From: an uncultured virus (IMG/VR IMGVR_UViG_3300047319_000709)
Lineage: Duplodnaviria > Heunggongvirae > Uroviricota > Caudoviricetes
IMG/VR virus record: IMGVR_UViG_3300047319_000709
Length of the DNA stretch: 64,000 nt
Direction: 5' to 3' (one strand)
Shown here: in pieces, positions 41,879 to 52,064 of the stretch
Layout: every line of letters starts with the position of its first letter
Numbering within the stretch: position 1 is the stretch's first letter
Program-made: the position numbers and the translations under genes
The notes under the pieces: generated by a model
Databases searched by the model: none
Told to the model about the DNA's origin: nothing
Seen by the model: only the letters and a program-made list of their open reading frames with translations

Positions 41879-43498
41879 ATGACGCAAAAAGCAATCGTCG
41901 ATATTGAGCTTAATGACTCGCAGTTTCGCGAGTTTCACGCCCTCTTTAGCGACTACCAGAAGAAGCTAGAAGCGATGCCCGAGGACTGGGCGAAGGTCAC
42001 CGGCTCGATTGACGATGCAGGCGTCGGGATGGCGGACTTCTCGAAATCGTCGAAGCTCTCGAAAGAATTTCTGATGATTGCCGCCATTCAGGCGAATGCA
42101 ATCACTCAAGGCCTGCAAAAGGCAACCGGCGCGCAGGACAAGTTCAACACCAAGACGAAAGACGGCGCCCTCCAGATGGGCCGCATGGCCAAGTTCTCGA
42201 AGGAAGTCCATAAAGACATCTCGAAGATGAGCAGCGTGCTCCTGAAACTGGGGGCTGTTGGCGGATCGTTGCTGTCATTCCCGGCCGCCGTCTTTGCGTC
42301 GACCAATGCGCTCGCGGGGCAAAACCTTCAGGCCCGTGGGCTTGGTCTGAGAATCGGCCAGACGCAGGCGTTTGGAGCGAATTTTGAGAAGTTTGGTCTC
42401 GGCTCGTCAGACCTCGGGAATGTTTCGAATGCACAAGGCGACGTCAGCAAATGGCGCGCTTTCATGGCTGCCGGCCTGACACCAGATCAGATTCAGAACG
42501 AGGATGCGGAGCAACTCACCTATGACTTCGCCCGGGCGGCCAGCGGGAAATTCCGTGAGTGGCAAAAATCTGGCATGCCGGCCGCATCCATGGCTCAGGC
42601 GTACGGCTTCACCGATCTGCTCTCGCTTCAGCAGCTACGCACAGGCGCAAGTTACAGCGACTCAGACTGGATGAAGGCGCAGCAGAAGGAAATTGCCGAT
42701 GCGAAGCGCAACGCGATCGACCAGGGCACCGCAGATCAGGCATCTGACGTAAAGGCTGCGCTGAAGTCGGATTGGGCTCAGGTAATGAATGAGTTCAACG
42801 GACAGTTGGCTCAGATGGCGCCTGAATTGAAGACAATGGGCGACGCTGCCGCAGCGGCCGCCGTCAACCTTCTGAAGGTCGCCGGTCCAGAGGCTAAGGC
42901 GGTTATTGATGCTCTGCAGGGGCCTCCGGTATCTCGCGACACTGCCGCAAAAGGCGGCGTTGTGGGCGGACTCGCGACGGCAGGTTACTGGTTGCGCGAC
43001 AAGATTCCCGGGCTGCGGAACGTCTTCTCGGATTCGGGCCCGGACTCTTTCGGGACGTTAGGCGCACCGACGATGGCCGGCATCATCGATGCCCAGTACA
43101 CGGTTGAGTCTGCGCGCGGCAAGAAATTGCTGTCGCCCAAAGGTGCGATGGGGCCGATGCAGTTTATGCCCGACACCTGGAAGCAATGGGGCCATGGCGA
43201 TGTCAACAATCTCAAAGATTCCCAGGACGCCGCGCAACGATATGACGCATTCCTCCTGAAACGCTACGGCGGAGATGTGAGGAAAGCGCTCGCTGCCTAC
43301 AACTGGGGTATGGGCAACCTTGACAAGGACGTCGCGAAGAACGGAGAAAACTGGGAATCACATGCGCCGCGAGAGACCCGCGACTATATCGCCAAAATCA
43401 CGCAACTGATGCTTCGACAAGGCCAGAACGTCAACATCAACATCACCAACTCGACGCCCGCCCGTGTCGCGACTTCAATGAACGCAGCGCAGCACTGA
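41879..43498 (+). CDS. tape measure protein with lytic transglycosylase (SLT) domain
   Basis: Helical N-terminus; VES...SPKGAMGPMQFMP, ALAAYNWG, ETRDY. Confidence 0.85.
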   Translation: MTQKAIVDIELNDSQFREFHALFSDYQKKLEAMPEDWAKVTGSIDDAGVGMADFSKSSKLSKEFLMIAAIQANAITQGLQKATGAQDKFNTKTKDGALQMGRMAKFSKEVHKDISKMSSVLLKLGAVGGSLLSFPAAVFASTNALAGQNLQARGLGLRIGQTQAFGANFEKFGLGSSDLGNVSNAQGDVSKWRAFMAAGLTPDQIQNEDAEQLTYDFARAASGKFREWQKSGMPAASMAQAYGFTDLLSLQQLRTGASYSDSDWMKAQQKEIADAKRNAIDQGTADQASDVKAALKSDWAQVMNEFNGQLAQMAPELKTMGDAAAAAAVNLLKVAGPEAKAVIDALQGPPVSRDTAAKGGVVGGLATAGYWLRDKIPGLRNVFSDSGPDSFGTLGAPTMAGIIDAQYTVESARGKKLLSPKGAMGPMQFMPDTWKQWGHGDVNNLKDSQDAAQRYDAFLLKRYGGDVRKALAAYNWGMGNLDKDVAKNGENWESHAPRETRDYIAKITQLMLRQGQNVNINITNSTPARVATSMNAAQH

Positions 43499-43499
43499 T

Positions 43500-44240
43500 A
43501 TGGCAATCTCCGACGCATTCCGGTCCACCTACGACCTCGCCTTCCAGCGCAGCCCCATCATTCTGGTTGGCGGGATCGCGTCGAACACTCTCGGCGGCAT
43601 GCTTCCAATCATAGCGTTGGGCGGTCAGGCGCTTGGCGCGGTCCAGGGCGCACTGACGAGTGGCAGCCTGTCGACCGACGACTTCTTCGCAACCTATGTG
43701 CCGATTCCTGGTTCGACGCTGATCAGCCAGCAGATTGCGACATATCCATTTGCCAATCAGGCGGTGGCGGCGAATTCAACGATCCAGCAGCCGTTGACGA
43801 TCTCGCTGAGAATGATCGCTCCGGTGAAGGACACTGCGGGATATCTGACGAAACTCGCGATATGGACATCGCTGCAGAGTTCGCTGGTTGCACATAACGC
43901 GGCCGGCGGCCGGTATCACGTCGCAACGCCGTGGCGGATATACACCGATTGCCTGTTGCAAAGCATTGCTGACACGACAGGTGGAGACGGGAAACAGCAG
44001 CAAATCATGGCTCAGTGGGACTTCGTGCAACCGCTCGTCACCCAGATGCAGGCCGATAGCGCTTACAACTCGCTGATGAGCAAACTGTCGTCAGGAGCGC
44101 AAGTCACGCCATCGACCACCGCAGGCACCTCGATATGGTCTAGCGCAGCGACCGCCGTTGGCACCGCTGCGCAAAACGCAGTGTCCAACGCCACAAGTCT
44201 GACTGGCGTGGTCAATCAATACCTCTCGGCGCCGCTATGA
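43500..44240 (+). CDS. baseplate/tail initiator protein
   Basis: Position after TMP. Confidence 0.6.
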   Translation: MAISDAFRSTYDLAFQRSPIILVGGIASNTLGGMLPIIALGGQALGAVQGALTSGSLSTDDFFATYVPIPGSTLISQQIATYPFANQAVAANSTIQQPLTISLRMIAPVKDTAGYLTKLAIWTSLQSSLVAHNAAGGRYHVATPWRIYTDCLLQSIADTTGGDGKQQQIMAQWDFVQPLVTQMQADSAYNSLMSKLSSGAQVTPSTTAGTSIWSSAATAVGTAAQNAVSNATSLTGVVNQYLSAPL

Positions 44241-44518
44241 GCACTACGCTGATCGCATTTTCGCCGAATAACTCGGCGTCGCCACCCTTCTCAACCACGG
44301 TCACGCTCGACAACGTCAGCTACCAACTCATCGTTACCTGGAACATTGCAGGGCAGCGTTGGTTTGCTTCATTACAGGATCAATCCGGCACTGCGATATG
44401 GTCCGGGGCGCTGGTGGGCTCTCCACTCGGGTACGACATCCTGCTGGCGCCCGGTATCTTCACGTCAAGCACGCTCCTGTACCGGGCGGACACCGGTAAC
44501 TTCGAGGTTAGTTCGTGA
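44237..44518 (+). CDS. baseplate plug-like protein
   Basis: WNIAGQRW motif; position. Confidence 0.6.
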   Translation: MSTTLIAFSPNNSASPPFSTTVTLDNVSYQLIVTWNIAGQRWFASLQDQSGTAIWSGALVGSPLGYDILLAPGIFTSSTLLYRADTGNFEVSS

Positions 44519-45474
44519 GTCGATACTACTCCCTGACGATCACGCCGGCAGGCAGCACGACGCCTTTCAGGACGTACACCTCACATCCGAACAACATTTA
44601 CGATCCAGCAGCGTTGAACATAGAGTACGACGCGCTGATAGGCCCGTATGGCACGCCGAGCGGCGCGTCCACTATTACGGTGTACGGCATCCCGCTTCAG
44701 GATCTGACGCAGGCACAACAATTCGCCGGCATGACGCTGGAGCTCAAGGCCGGCATGCGCGCTGGCTTGCCGCTGGTCAACCCGGCGCAAGCGGGCACGA
44801 TCTTGAAGGGAACGATCTTCCAGTCGTTCGGCAACTGGGAGGGCGTCGACCAAACGCTCGACTTCGTCGTGATTCCCGGCGTCTACACGGTTGAAAATCC
44901 GGGCAACATCCTGCTTGACTGGAGCGCCGGTATGTCGCTCGCCGATGCGCTGAAGCAGACGTTCTCGGTGGCGTACCCAGGCTTTCAGGTGTCAATGAAT
45001 ATCAGTGGCGATTTTGTGCAGAGCCACGATGAGCCGCATATTTGCGGGACGCTGGATCAACTAGCTCAACTCGTTGGAGACATCACCGAAGGCGTGTTTG
45101 ACAACCGGGTGACTATCGGGATTCAGGCGGGACAGATCGTCGTCTATGACAGTACGTACAAGCCAAACCCAATCCAGCTGAACTTCAATGATCTCGTGGG
45201 CCAACCGACGTGGATCGGCGTAAATACGATTCAGACGAAGATGGTAGCTCGAGCAGACTTGCAAATGGGCGCGATAGTCAAGATGCCAGAGGGTCTTCAA
45301 AACGCACCGGGATACATCAAGACAACCGCAGCGGCCTATCCATCAAGCATCAAATATCAAACAACGTTCCAGAATAATTTCATCATCAACGAATTGCGCC
45401 AGATCGGTAACTACCGGTCAGCGGACGCGGCACAATGGTCAACGATAGCGAACTGCATCGTCCTTCCGAGCTAA
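44515..45474 (+). CDS. baseplate hub protein
   Basis: Position; L.AG motif; LVGQPTW. Confidence 0.65.
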   Translation: MSRYYSLTITPAGSTTPFRTYTSHPNNIYDPAALNIEYDALIGPYGTPSGASTITVYGIPLQDLTQAQQFAGMTLELKAGMRAGLPLVNPAQAGTILKGTIFQSFGNWEGVDQTLDFVVIPGVYTVENPGNILLDWSAGMSLADALKQTFSVAYPGFQVSMNISGDFVQSHDEPHICGTLDQLAQLVGDITEGVFDNRVTIGIQAGQIVVYDSTYKPNPIQLNFNDLVGQPTWIGVNTIQTKMVARADLQMGAIVKMPEGLQNAPGYIKTTAAAYPSSIKYQTTFQNNFIINELRQIGNYRSADAAQWSTIANCIVLPS

Positions 45475-45477
45475 GCG

Positions 45478-46185
45478 ATGTCAGAGAACTACGCCAAACT
45501 GTGGGTACAGCGCAGCGCCAACCAGACCGCAATCAATCGCGCTCAACAGGCCATTGAGAATCTTGGCCGGGCATTACCTTGCCGCGTTGTTAAGGTGAGC
45601 GGATCGATCGTCACCGTGGCCTTTGAGGTCAATGCCGCCCCTTACACACTGCCAAATATCACCATTCCAAAGGCCGAGAGCCCGTGGATAAGGATGCCGA
45701 CACAGGTTGGTGACAAGGGCGTCACGATGCCCGCGGACGCGTACCTGGGTGGTGTCTCAGGGTTGGGTGGCGGAGTAGCGACTCTGACCAGGCCGGGCAA
45801 TTTGAGCGCCCTGGTGTTTGTTCCGATCAGCAACTCGGGATCGCCACCGATTGATCAAAACGCGGCGCAGGTTCAGGGCCCCAACGGCGCCATCATTCGC
45901 ACGACGGAAGGTACCACCTCCCAGATCGTGACGGACACGACCGGAACGACCGTAACCTTCGGCGACAGTACTGTGGTGGTGAACGCTACCGAAACCGCGT
46001 TGAGCTACGGTGCCACCACTTCTCTGGTGCTGAACGCCAGCGGTATTACCATGACCTTCGGGTCGAAAACTATCGTACTGAACGGCTCGGGACTCAGTAT
46101 CAACGGCGAGAGTTACGAGGACCACACGCACGGCTATTTCCCGGGCACCGGTTCGAAGGCGCAAACCGACCCACCCATTAACTAG
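45478..46185 (+). CDS. baseplate central spike (gpV-like)
   Basis: OB-fold N-terminus, beta-helix repeats, C-terminal HTH iron-binding motif. Confidence 0.8.
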   Translation: MSENYAKLWVQRSANQTAINRAQQAIENLGRALPCRVVKVSGSIVTVAFEVNAAPYTLPNITIPKAESPWIRMPTQVGDKGVTMPADAYLGGVSGLGGGVATLTRPGNLSALVFVPISNSGSPPIDQNAAQVQGPNGAIIRTTEGTTSQIVTDTTGTTVTFGDSTVVVNATETALSYGATTSLVLNASGITMTFGSKTIVLNGSGLSINGESYEDHTHGYFPGTGSKAQTDPPIN

Positions 46186-46517
46186 CGGCGCGTATATGAA
46201 CCCTTCAGCCCGTCGTACCGGTCCTGCCACATGCTGAACTTGTGCATGTAATCGATGGTGCCGTTGCTCCAATGCACCGTGATATAGCAATCGATCCGAT
46301 ACAGGCCGGGGTAATACTCGTAGGCCGGCGTTCCGGCTGCAGTTTCAATAGACTCGATTCGGGCAGCACTTGGTCCGAGGTCAAGAAGATAAGGGATGTT
46401 CGCCATCTCCATGTCGTGTGCGAGCGGAGCCTGGCAGTTTTGTGGGATGCCAGACGGGTCAACCGCATTGGCGTTTGTCGCCAACATAGCAAGCAGAATC
46501 GCGAATTGCCGCATCAT
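46182..46517 (-). CDS. secreted/periplasmic moron protein
   Basis: Signal peptide MMRQFAILLAMLATNANA; opposite strand. Confidence 0.65.
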   Translation of the reverse strand: MMRQFAILLAMLATNANAVDPSGIPQNCQAPLAHDMEMANIPYLLDLGPSAARIESIETAAGTPAYEYYPGLYRIDCYITVHWSNGTIDYMHKFSMWQDRYDGLKGSYTRR

Positions 46518-47161
46518 TCACTTTCCTTTTTAACTGCGCCGAAGTCGTCGGGATTGAACCTCGGGCATACGTCGCAGTGCCGCGCTGCGCCCTCCGCCTG
46601 GATCTGATCAGATATTGATGCGGGATGCCCGCGCTGAGGCCGGAACCACTGCAGCATATGCCGACAAGGGAATACGAAGACCCCATTTTCTGAGGCCGCT
46701 TCGTAGTGCCTGAAGTGCGGCGTTATATGGTCGAACGTCCGATGCGGTGCCAGCGGATTGAATGGGTCGTCCACCATCCTGAAGCAGTGCGCCCTGTGGT
46801 CTCGAGCAGCGCACGAATCGGCGAAACATTTCAATACCGCCTCGATCTCGAACGCGGGCTCCATTTCGCCGATGACCATACGCCCTTGCGCATAGAAATG
46901 AGTACCTCGCCAGCCTCGAACGTAGTGGATAAGGTCCATCGCCTGAGTGGCACCATCAAACGTCCTGGCGAATCCCGCAACATGAATCTTGAGGGTCTCA
47001 AGGTCTCGCTCTGCGAATAGCGTTGCGCGCCTGGCCACTTCCATGGCCCACGGAAATGCCTCCGATCGACTTCGCAGGAACAGAACGAGCACCAGATAGT
47101 CGCGCGACGTCCTCAACAGATTGTCGTGCGCAAAGAAACTTGGTGAGTGGGTATCTGGCAT
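46514..47161 (-). CDS. moron protein with Cys-rich C-terminus
   Basis: Opposite strand; HCF, FPC, CDVCP; start uncertain. Confidence 0.6.
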   Translation of the reverse strand: MPDTHSPSFFAHDNLLRTSRDYLVLVLFLRSRSEAFPWAMEVARRATLFAERDLETLKIHVAGFARTFDGATQAMDLIHYVRGWRGTHFYAQGRMVIGEMEPAFEIEAVLKCFADSCAARDHRAHCFRMVDDPFNPLAPHRTFDHITPHFRHYEAASENGVFVFPCRHMLQWFRPQRGHPASISDQIQAEGAARHCDVCPRFNPDDFGAVKKESE

Positions 47162-47185
47162 AGATAAATGGAAATGGTCAAGTAA

Positions 47186-47590
47186 ATGCGCACATATGGG
47201 CGAATCCTGAACGAGGACGGTTCGAAAACATGGGTTGTGGTCGAGACCGATGCGAACGGATACAACGACAACGTTTATCTGACTACTCTCGCGCAATGTC
47301 TGAAACTGAATCTTGGCGAGAGTCCGATCTACGCGAACTACGGTATCCCTCAATACCAGACGATCGTGACGCAGGTCTTGCCTGATTACTACGTTATGCA
47401 GACGCAGACGCAGTTCTCGCAGTACTTCGCGTCACTCACGATTAACCGGGTGCAGGGCTCGTCTCCGCCCGTCTATAACGTCAGTGCGGTGTGCCACAGC
47501 GGCGCAATCCTGACTCCGTATGTGGATTCATCGATCAACGCTCCGCAACTCGACAGCACTTTCATTCTCAATCAATCGGCCCTGGCATGA
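47186..47590 (+). CDS. baseplate wedge subunit (gp25-like)
   Basis: LGESP.Y..YGIP motif; position. Confidence 0.65.
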   Translation: MRTYGRILNEDGSKTWVVVETDANGYNDNVYLTTLAQCLKLNLGESPIYANYGIPQYQTIVTQVLPDYYVMQTQTQFSQYFASLTINRVQGSSPPVYNVSAVCHSGAILTPYVDSSINAPQLDSTFILNQSALA

Positions 47591-48951
47591 TTCGACGCAC
47601 TCTCTTTCTGCTCGCGTTTGTTTGTTCAACGGCCAACGCACAGTTTACGCCCGGTCAAATTCTGACGGCGTCTCAACTTAACGCCGCGTTAGCCGCAAAG
47701 ACGAGCAATTCAGCTGCGGCGATCACGGGCGGCTCGATTACGAATGCCACCATCAACGGTGGAACGATGTCGGGTACTGCCATAACCGGCGGGACAATCT
47801 CGGGGCTGACGTCACCGCTTCCCGTCGCATCGGGAGGCACCGGCGCCACCGCGTCGACCGGATCAGGAAGCGTGGTCCTGGCCACCGCTCCAACAATTGC
47901 AGGTCTGACCGTAACTGGAACGTTCACCGCTCCCGGTTTAATCTCCCCCGCTTCGCTGGCGTCACAAGCGGCGAATACGGTACTCGCGAACGTCACGGCA
48001 TCAAGCGCGTCTCCCACGGCGTTCGCGATGCCGAGTTGCTCGACGTCGACCAGTGCGTTGCAGTACACAAGCGGCACGGGATTTACCTGCTACGCCAATT
48101 CCGCCACGACGACCGGAACACTAGCGCAATTCGCATCCACCACCTCTGCACAACTGGCCGGCGTGTTGTCGGACGAAACAGGCAGCGGCGCCGCGGTGTT
48201 CGGTACGAACCCGGCAATCAGCGGGGCAACAATCACCGGATCGTCGTATGCGGGCAGTGTCGCCGCAACCACGCTGTCGGCAAGCAGTACTGTCAGCGGC
48301 ACTGGCTTCAGCACGTATCTCGCGTCGCCTCCAGCGATCGGCGGCACCGCGCCAGCCGCGGGCACATTCACCAATCTCTCATCGAGTGGAACGGTCAGCG
48401 GAACCGGATTTAGCGCATATCTTGCTTCTCCGCCCGCCATTGGCACAACCACTGCGGCAGCCGGCAAGTTCACCACCTTGCAAGCTACGTCCGCAATCAC
48501 GCCAGCGTATCCCGCGGGCGTCGTAGGCAACACAACTGGCAGCAACGTGACGGCCGGCAGTGTTGGCGAACTGATTTCCTCGAACGTCCTTCAAGCTTCG
48601 GCCGTAAGTTTCCCCAACCAGACATCGACCAACGTCACGTCGATCACTCTGACGCCGGGCGACTGGGACATCTGGGGGCAATTTATTACCAAGCCTAGCA
48701 GCGTGACCTCCATTGCCCTGATTTCCGCATGGCTTAGCACAACGTCCGCGACGATGCCAACGGATTCTGATCCGGCGAAACCGTGGTTCTTCATGTCGAC
48801 TGCCTTCACTGCCAGTCAGGGGACCGCCGTACAAACCGGCATGGGTCGGATCAATGTTTCAGCAACCACGACACTTTATCTGTCCGGCTCCGTGACGTTC
48901 TCCGGAGGCACGATGGCGGCGTACGGAAACATTCAGGCACGCCGCCGCTAA
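47587..48951 (+). CDS. tail-fibre-like protein with Sec signal peptide
   Basis: MIRRTLFLLAFVCSTANA/Q; ITGG and LPVASGGTG fibre motifs; C-terminal SITLTPGDWDI...ARR domain. Confidence 0.75.
   Translation: MIRRTLFLLAFVCSTANAQFTPGQILTASQLNAALAAKTSNSAAAITGGSITNATINGGTMSGTAITGGTISGLTSPLPVASGGTGATASTGSGSVVLATAPTIAGLTVTGTFTAPGLISPASLASQAANTVLANVTASSASPTAFAMPSCSTSTSALQYTSGTGFTCYANSATTTGTLAQFASTTSAQLAGVLSDETGSGAAVFGTNPAISGATITGSSYAGSVAATTLSASSTVSGTGFSTYLASPPAIGGTAPAAGTFTNLSSSGTVSGTGFSAYLASPPAIGTTTAAAGKFTTLQATSAITPAYPAGVVGNTTGSNVTAGSVGELISSNVLQASAVSFPNQTSTNVTSITLTPGDWDIWGQFITKPSSVTSIALISAWLSTTSATMPTDSDPAKPWFFMSTAFTASQGTAVQTGMGRINVSATTTLYLSGSVTFSGGTMAAYGNIQARRR
48271..48480 (+). repeat. 102-bp (34-aa) tandem duplication within the fibre gene
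   Basis: TVSGTGFS.YLASPPAIG.T..AAG.FT occurs twice, offset 102 nt. Confidence 0.8.
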
Positions 48952-49018
48952 GACCATGCATACCAAGCCGCTCGCCCTGCGACGGCAACTTCCATTGCTG
49001 AACTGACCACTACGCCGC

Positions 49019-50434
49019 ATGAGCACAACGTCTATTCCACTGATAATGACGACGGCAGGGCCGCAGGCGACTCCCGTGGCGACGCTGTACGACACCCTGA
49101 TCAATTATGTTGCCAATCAGGTTCCCGGCTACACGGCTAACCTTCCCGGCTCTCTGATCGACGATGTCGCGGGCACCGATACCGGCGCGCTCGTCGCGAT
49201 CGATCAGGCGCGAGTTGATGCGATCAACAGCGTCAGTCCATATGGTGCCAATGCTTTTGTGCTGGCCCAACTCGGCGCTCAATTCGGGATCGCTCCAGGA
49301 GTGGGCGCAAACGGCAGTGTGTATGTGCAGTTCGCTGGTCCCGCTGGATACGTGTTCCAGAAAGGCTTCGTCGTGGGTGACGGGACCAATCAGTACGCAC
49401 TTCAGGATGGTGGTGTCATCCAGGCCAACGGACTAAGCCCGCTCCTTTTTGCGGTAGCGACGACTAGCGGTAGCTTCGCTATTCCGGCCAACACCGTTAA
49501 TCAGTTGGTGACGTCGGTTCCAAGCGCTTATGCAGTCACGGTTACGAACCCGGAGGCCGGAACTGCTGCAACAACTACACAGAGCGTGCCGGACTATCGC
49601 GCGCAGGTGTTACAGGCAGGGTTGGTAGCAGCTACTGGAACGCCCGCTTACCTTAAGACTCTGCTTTACAAAATCACGGGCGTTCAACAGCAACTAGTTT
49701 CGATTAACGCAGTTTCAGGCGGTTGGCAGGTCATCTGCGGAGGCGGTGATGCCTACGCCGTTGCGAACGCAATTCTTCAGGGTGCCGGCGACATAGCACT
49801 GCTAAAGGGATCGCAATTGTCGATCACGACAATGACCGCAGCCAACCCGGTCGTCGTCACGACCAACCTGAATCATGGATACGTCGCGGGCGGCACGGTT
49901 ACAGTGGCGGGGGCTACGCCAAGCGCATACAACGGCACCTATACGATCGCCTCGGTCACGCCAACAACGATCACGACGACGACTAACGGCAGCGGATTTG
50001 GTGCATATGTCGGTGGTGCCACGCTCAGTCCGAATCCTCGAAATGTGACGGTGTCCCTGTTCCAGAATCCCGATACGTATTCGATAACCTTCGTCAATCC
50101 TCCGCAGCAAGTTGTGACAGTAGCGGTGACGTGGAATACGACTCTGCCCAACTTCACGGCAGGAACGTCGGTCAACCAGTTGGCAGCTCCAGCGCTCCAG
50201 TCATACATCAACTCGATCTACGTCGGGCAGCCGATCAACGAACTCGAGATGACGGCGGTGTTTCAGAGTGCGGTTTCTTCAGTTATCGCCGCGTCCAACA
50301 TAACCACATTGCAGTTTGCAGTGACCATCAACGGTGTTCCGGCGTCCCCCGCAGCCGGCACCAGCATTATTGCCGGAGATGTTGAGGGCTACTTCTCTGC
50401 GAGTGCAACTGCGATCACGGTAACTCAAGGATAA
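49019..50434 (+). CDS. baseplate J-like protein
   Basis: 471 aa; PGSL; YRAQVL; position. Confidence 0.75.
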   Translation: MSTTSIPLIMTTAGPQATPVATLYDTLINYVANQVPGYTANLPGSLIDDVAGTDTGALVAIDQARVDAINSVSPYGANAFVLAQLGAQFGIAPGVGANGSVYVQFAGPAGYVFQKGFVVGDGTNQYALQDGGVIQANGLSPLLFAVATTSGSFAIPANTVNQLVTSVPSAYAVTVTNPEAGTAATTTQSVPDYRAQVLQAGLVAATGTPAYLKTLLYKITGVQQQLVSINAVSGGWQVICGGGDAYAVANAILQGAGDIALLKGSQLSITTMTAANPVVVTTNLNHGYVAGGTVTVAGATPSAYNGTYTIASVTPTTITTTTNGSGFGAYVGGATLSPNPRNVTVSLFQNPDTYSITFVNPPQQVVTVAVTWNTTLPNFTAGTSVNQLAAPALQSYINSIYVGQPINELEMTAVFQSAVSSVIAASNITTLQFAVTINGVPASPAAGTSIIAGDVEGYFSASATAITVTQG

Positions 50435-50436
50435 CC

Positions 50437-51336
50437 ATGGGCAATATCGAATCATTCTCGACTTTGCCGCTTCAGAAAACGATCCCGAGCTACCTATACC
50501 TTCAATACAGCGATGACGAGAACCTTCAGGCTTTCGTCGATGCGTTCAACTCGATTTCGCAAGGATATGTCGACTGGTTCAACGACACACCGCTTGGCCT
50601 CTATACGTCGCCAAACATAACGGGCCCGCTGTTGGACTGGATAGGTAACGGTGTCTATGGAATTCCCCGCCCGGTTCTGTCGACGCAAACATCCACAACG
50701 ATAGCTGGATACAACACCGCCCCCTATAACACAGTCCCATACAACGGCCTCAGCCACTCATCGTCTGGAACCGCAGAGATCGCTTCGGACGACATCTACA
50801 AACGTGTGATGACGTGGAACCTGTATCGCGGTGACGGGCAGGTTTTCAATATGGGCTGGCTCAAGAACCGGGTCAACAGGTTCCTCAACGGCGCGAATGG
50901 ATCCGACTACACGGTACTGGACAATCCTCCATCGATAACCGTATCTGGGAACGTATTCACCATTACGTCGTTTGAGGATTCGAACTTTACGATCCTGCAG
51001 GAGTGCCTGAACAACGGTGTTCTAGCGTTTCCGTTTCAGTACACGTTCGCATTCGTCAATATCGGGTTCTTTAACGATGGCGGTGTTCTGTGGATGACTG
51101 CTCCGCTCAATTATCCGACTAGCCCCACAGGGTTAGCAGCGGGTTCCGTTTGGTACAACGGCGGCACCGTCTCTGTGATTCCGGGCATCACCCCCGATCC
51201 CCTGGCGCCGCCAGTCTATTTCGGAACACTTACCGCTTCGGGGCTGCTGGCCCTTGGCGGCGGAAATCTGCCTCTTATCAATCCGGGTTCAACCGGTCAA
51301 CTCTGGAACAACGGCGGCGTCATCTCGATCGCCTGA
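50437..51336 (+). CDS. baseplate protein (DUF2612-like) with C-terminal NGG repeats
   Basis: LLDWIG..YGIPR, DDIYKR motifs. Confidence 0.7.
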   Translation: MGNIESFSTLPLQKTIPSYLYLQYSDDENLQAFVDAFNSISQGYVDWFNDTPLGLYTSPNITGPLLDWIGNGVYGIPRPVLSTQTSTTIAGYNTAPYNTVPYNGLSHSSSGTAEIASDDIYKRVMTWNLYRGDGQVFNMGWLKNRVNRFLNGANGSDYTVLDNPPSITVSGNVFTITSFEDSNFTILQECLNNGVLAFPFQYTFAFVNIGFFNDGGVLWMTAPLNYPTSPTGLAAGSVWYNGGTVSVIPGITPDPLAPPVYFGTLTASGLLALGGGNLPLINPGSTGQLWNNGGVISIA

Positions 51337-51341
51337 CGACA

Positions 51342-52064
51342 ATGACAATTTTTACGTTCGCGAACAACGTCAACACGACGTTGGCAGGACCGGTCTCGTC
51401 CAGCGCCACCTCGATAACGCTTTCAAATACCGCGAACCTGCCGGCATCGATTCCTGCCGGCCAGGTACTGGTAATCACGCTGAATGACGTCGCTACGCGC
51501 CAGAACTACGAAGTGGTGTATGCGACCGCGAGGACCGGATCGACATTAACAGTATTGCGCGGTCAGGAAGGCACGGCAGCGCTTTCGTGGCTAACAGGAG
51601 ACTACGCCTACAGCCCTCCTACTGCGGGACAGCAGTCGTCCTTTGGACAACTTGCGGCGGCCAATACCTGGGCGGGGCCAAACACGTTCACTGATCCTGT
51701 GGCTGTAGCGGCTGCTTCCTCCGCTGGACAAGCGGTGAATCTTGGTCAGTTCTCTGCGGACACTACTGGAACAGGTCACCTTGTAATTCCGTGCTCCGTC
51801 GCGGGCGCTCTCGTTCCGATGGTCTTTCAGTGGGGGCAGGCTGTGACTAACGCCTCCGGGATTGCCACTCTGACGCTCGATTTGCCGTTTCCGAATGCAT
51901 TGCTGTCTGGAGTCGCAAACTACGTGAACAACGGCACAACGGTTACCAACAATCAAGCCTCTTTCTCCAATTTATCAACGAGATTGAACCTGGTGGCTGT
52001 AGTTGCGAACAACGGCTCTCCGGTCAACCTCGCTCAGGTCAACTTCATGGCGATCGGATATTAA
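51342..52064 (+). CDS. tail fibre/attachment protein (no signal peptide)
   Basis: FANN.TTLA, EVV..TAR.G.TLTV.RGQEGT; C-terminal FQWG...FPN...AIGY. Confidence 0.75.
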   Translation: MTIFTFANNVNTTLAGPVSSSATSITLSNTANLPASIPAGQVLVITLNDVATRQNYEVVYATARTGSTLTVLRGQEGTAALSWLTGDYAYSPPTAGQQSSFGQLAAANTWAGPNTFTDPVAVAAASSAGQAVNLGQFSADTTGTGHLVIPCSVAGALVPMVFQWGQAVTNASGIATLTLDLPFPNALLSGVANYVNNGTTVTNNQASFSNLSTRLNLVAVVANNGSPVNLAQVNFMAIGY

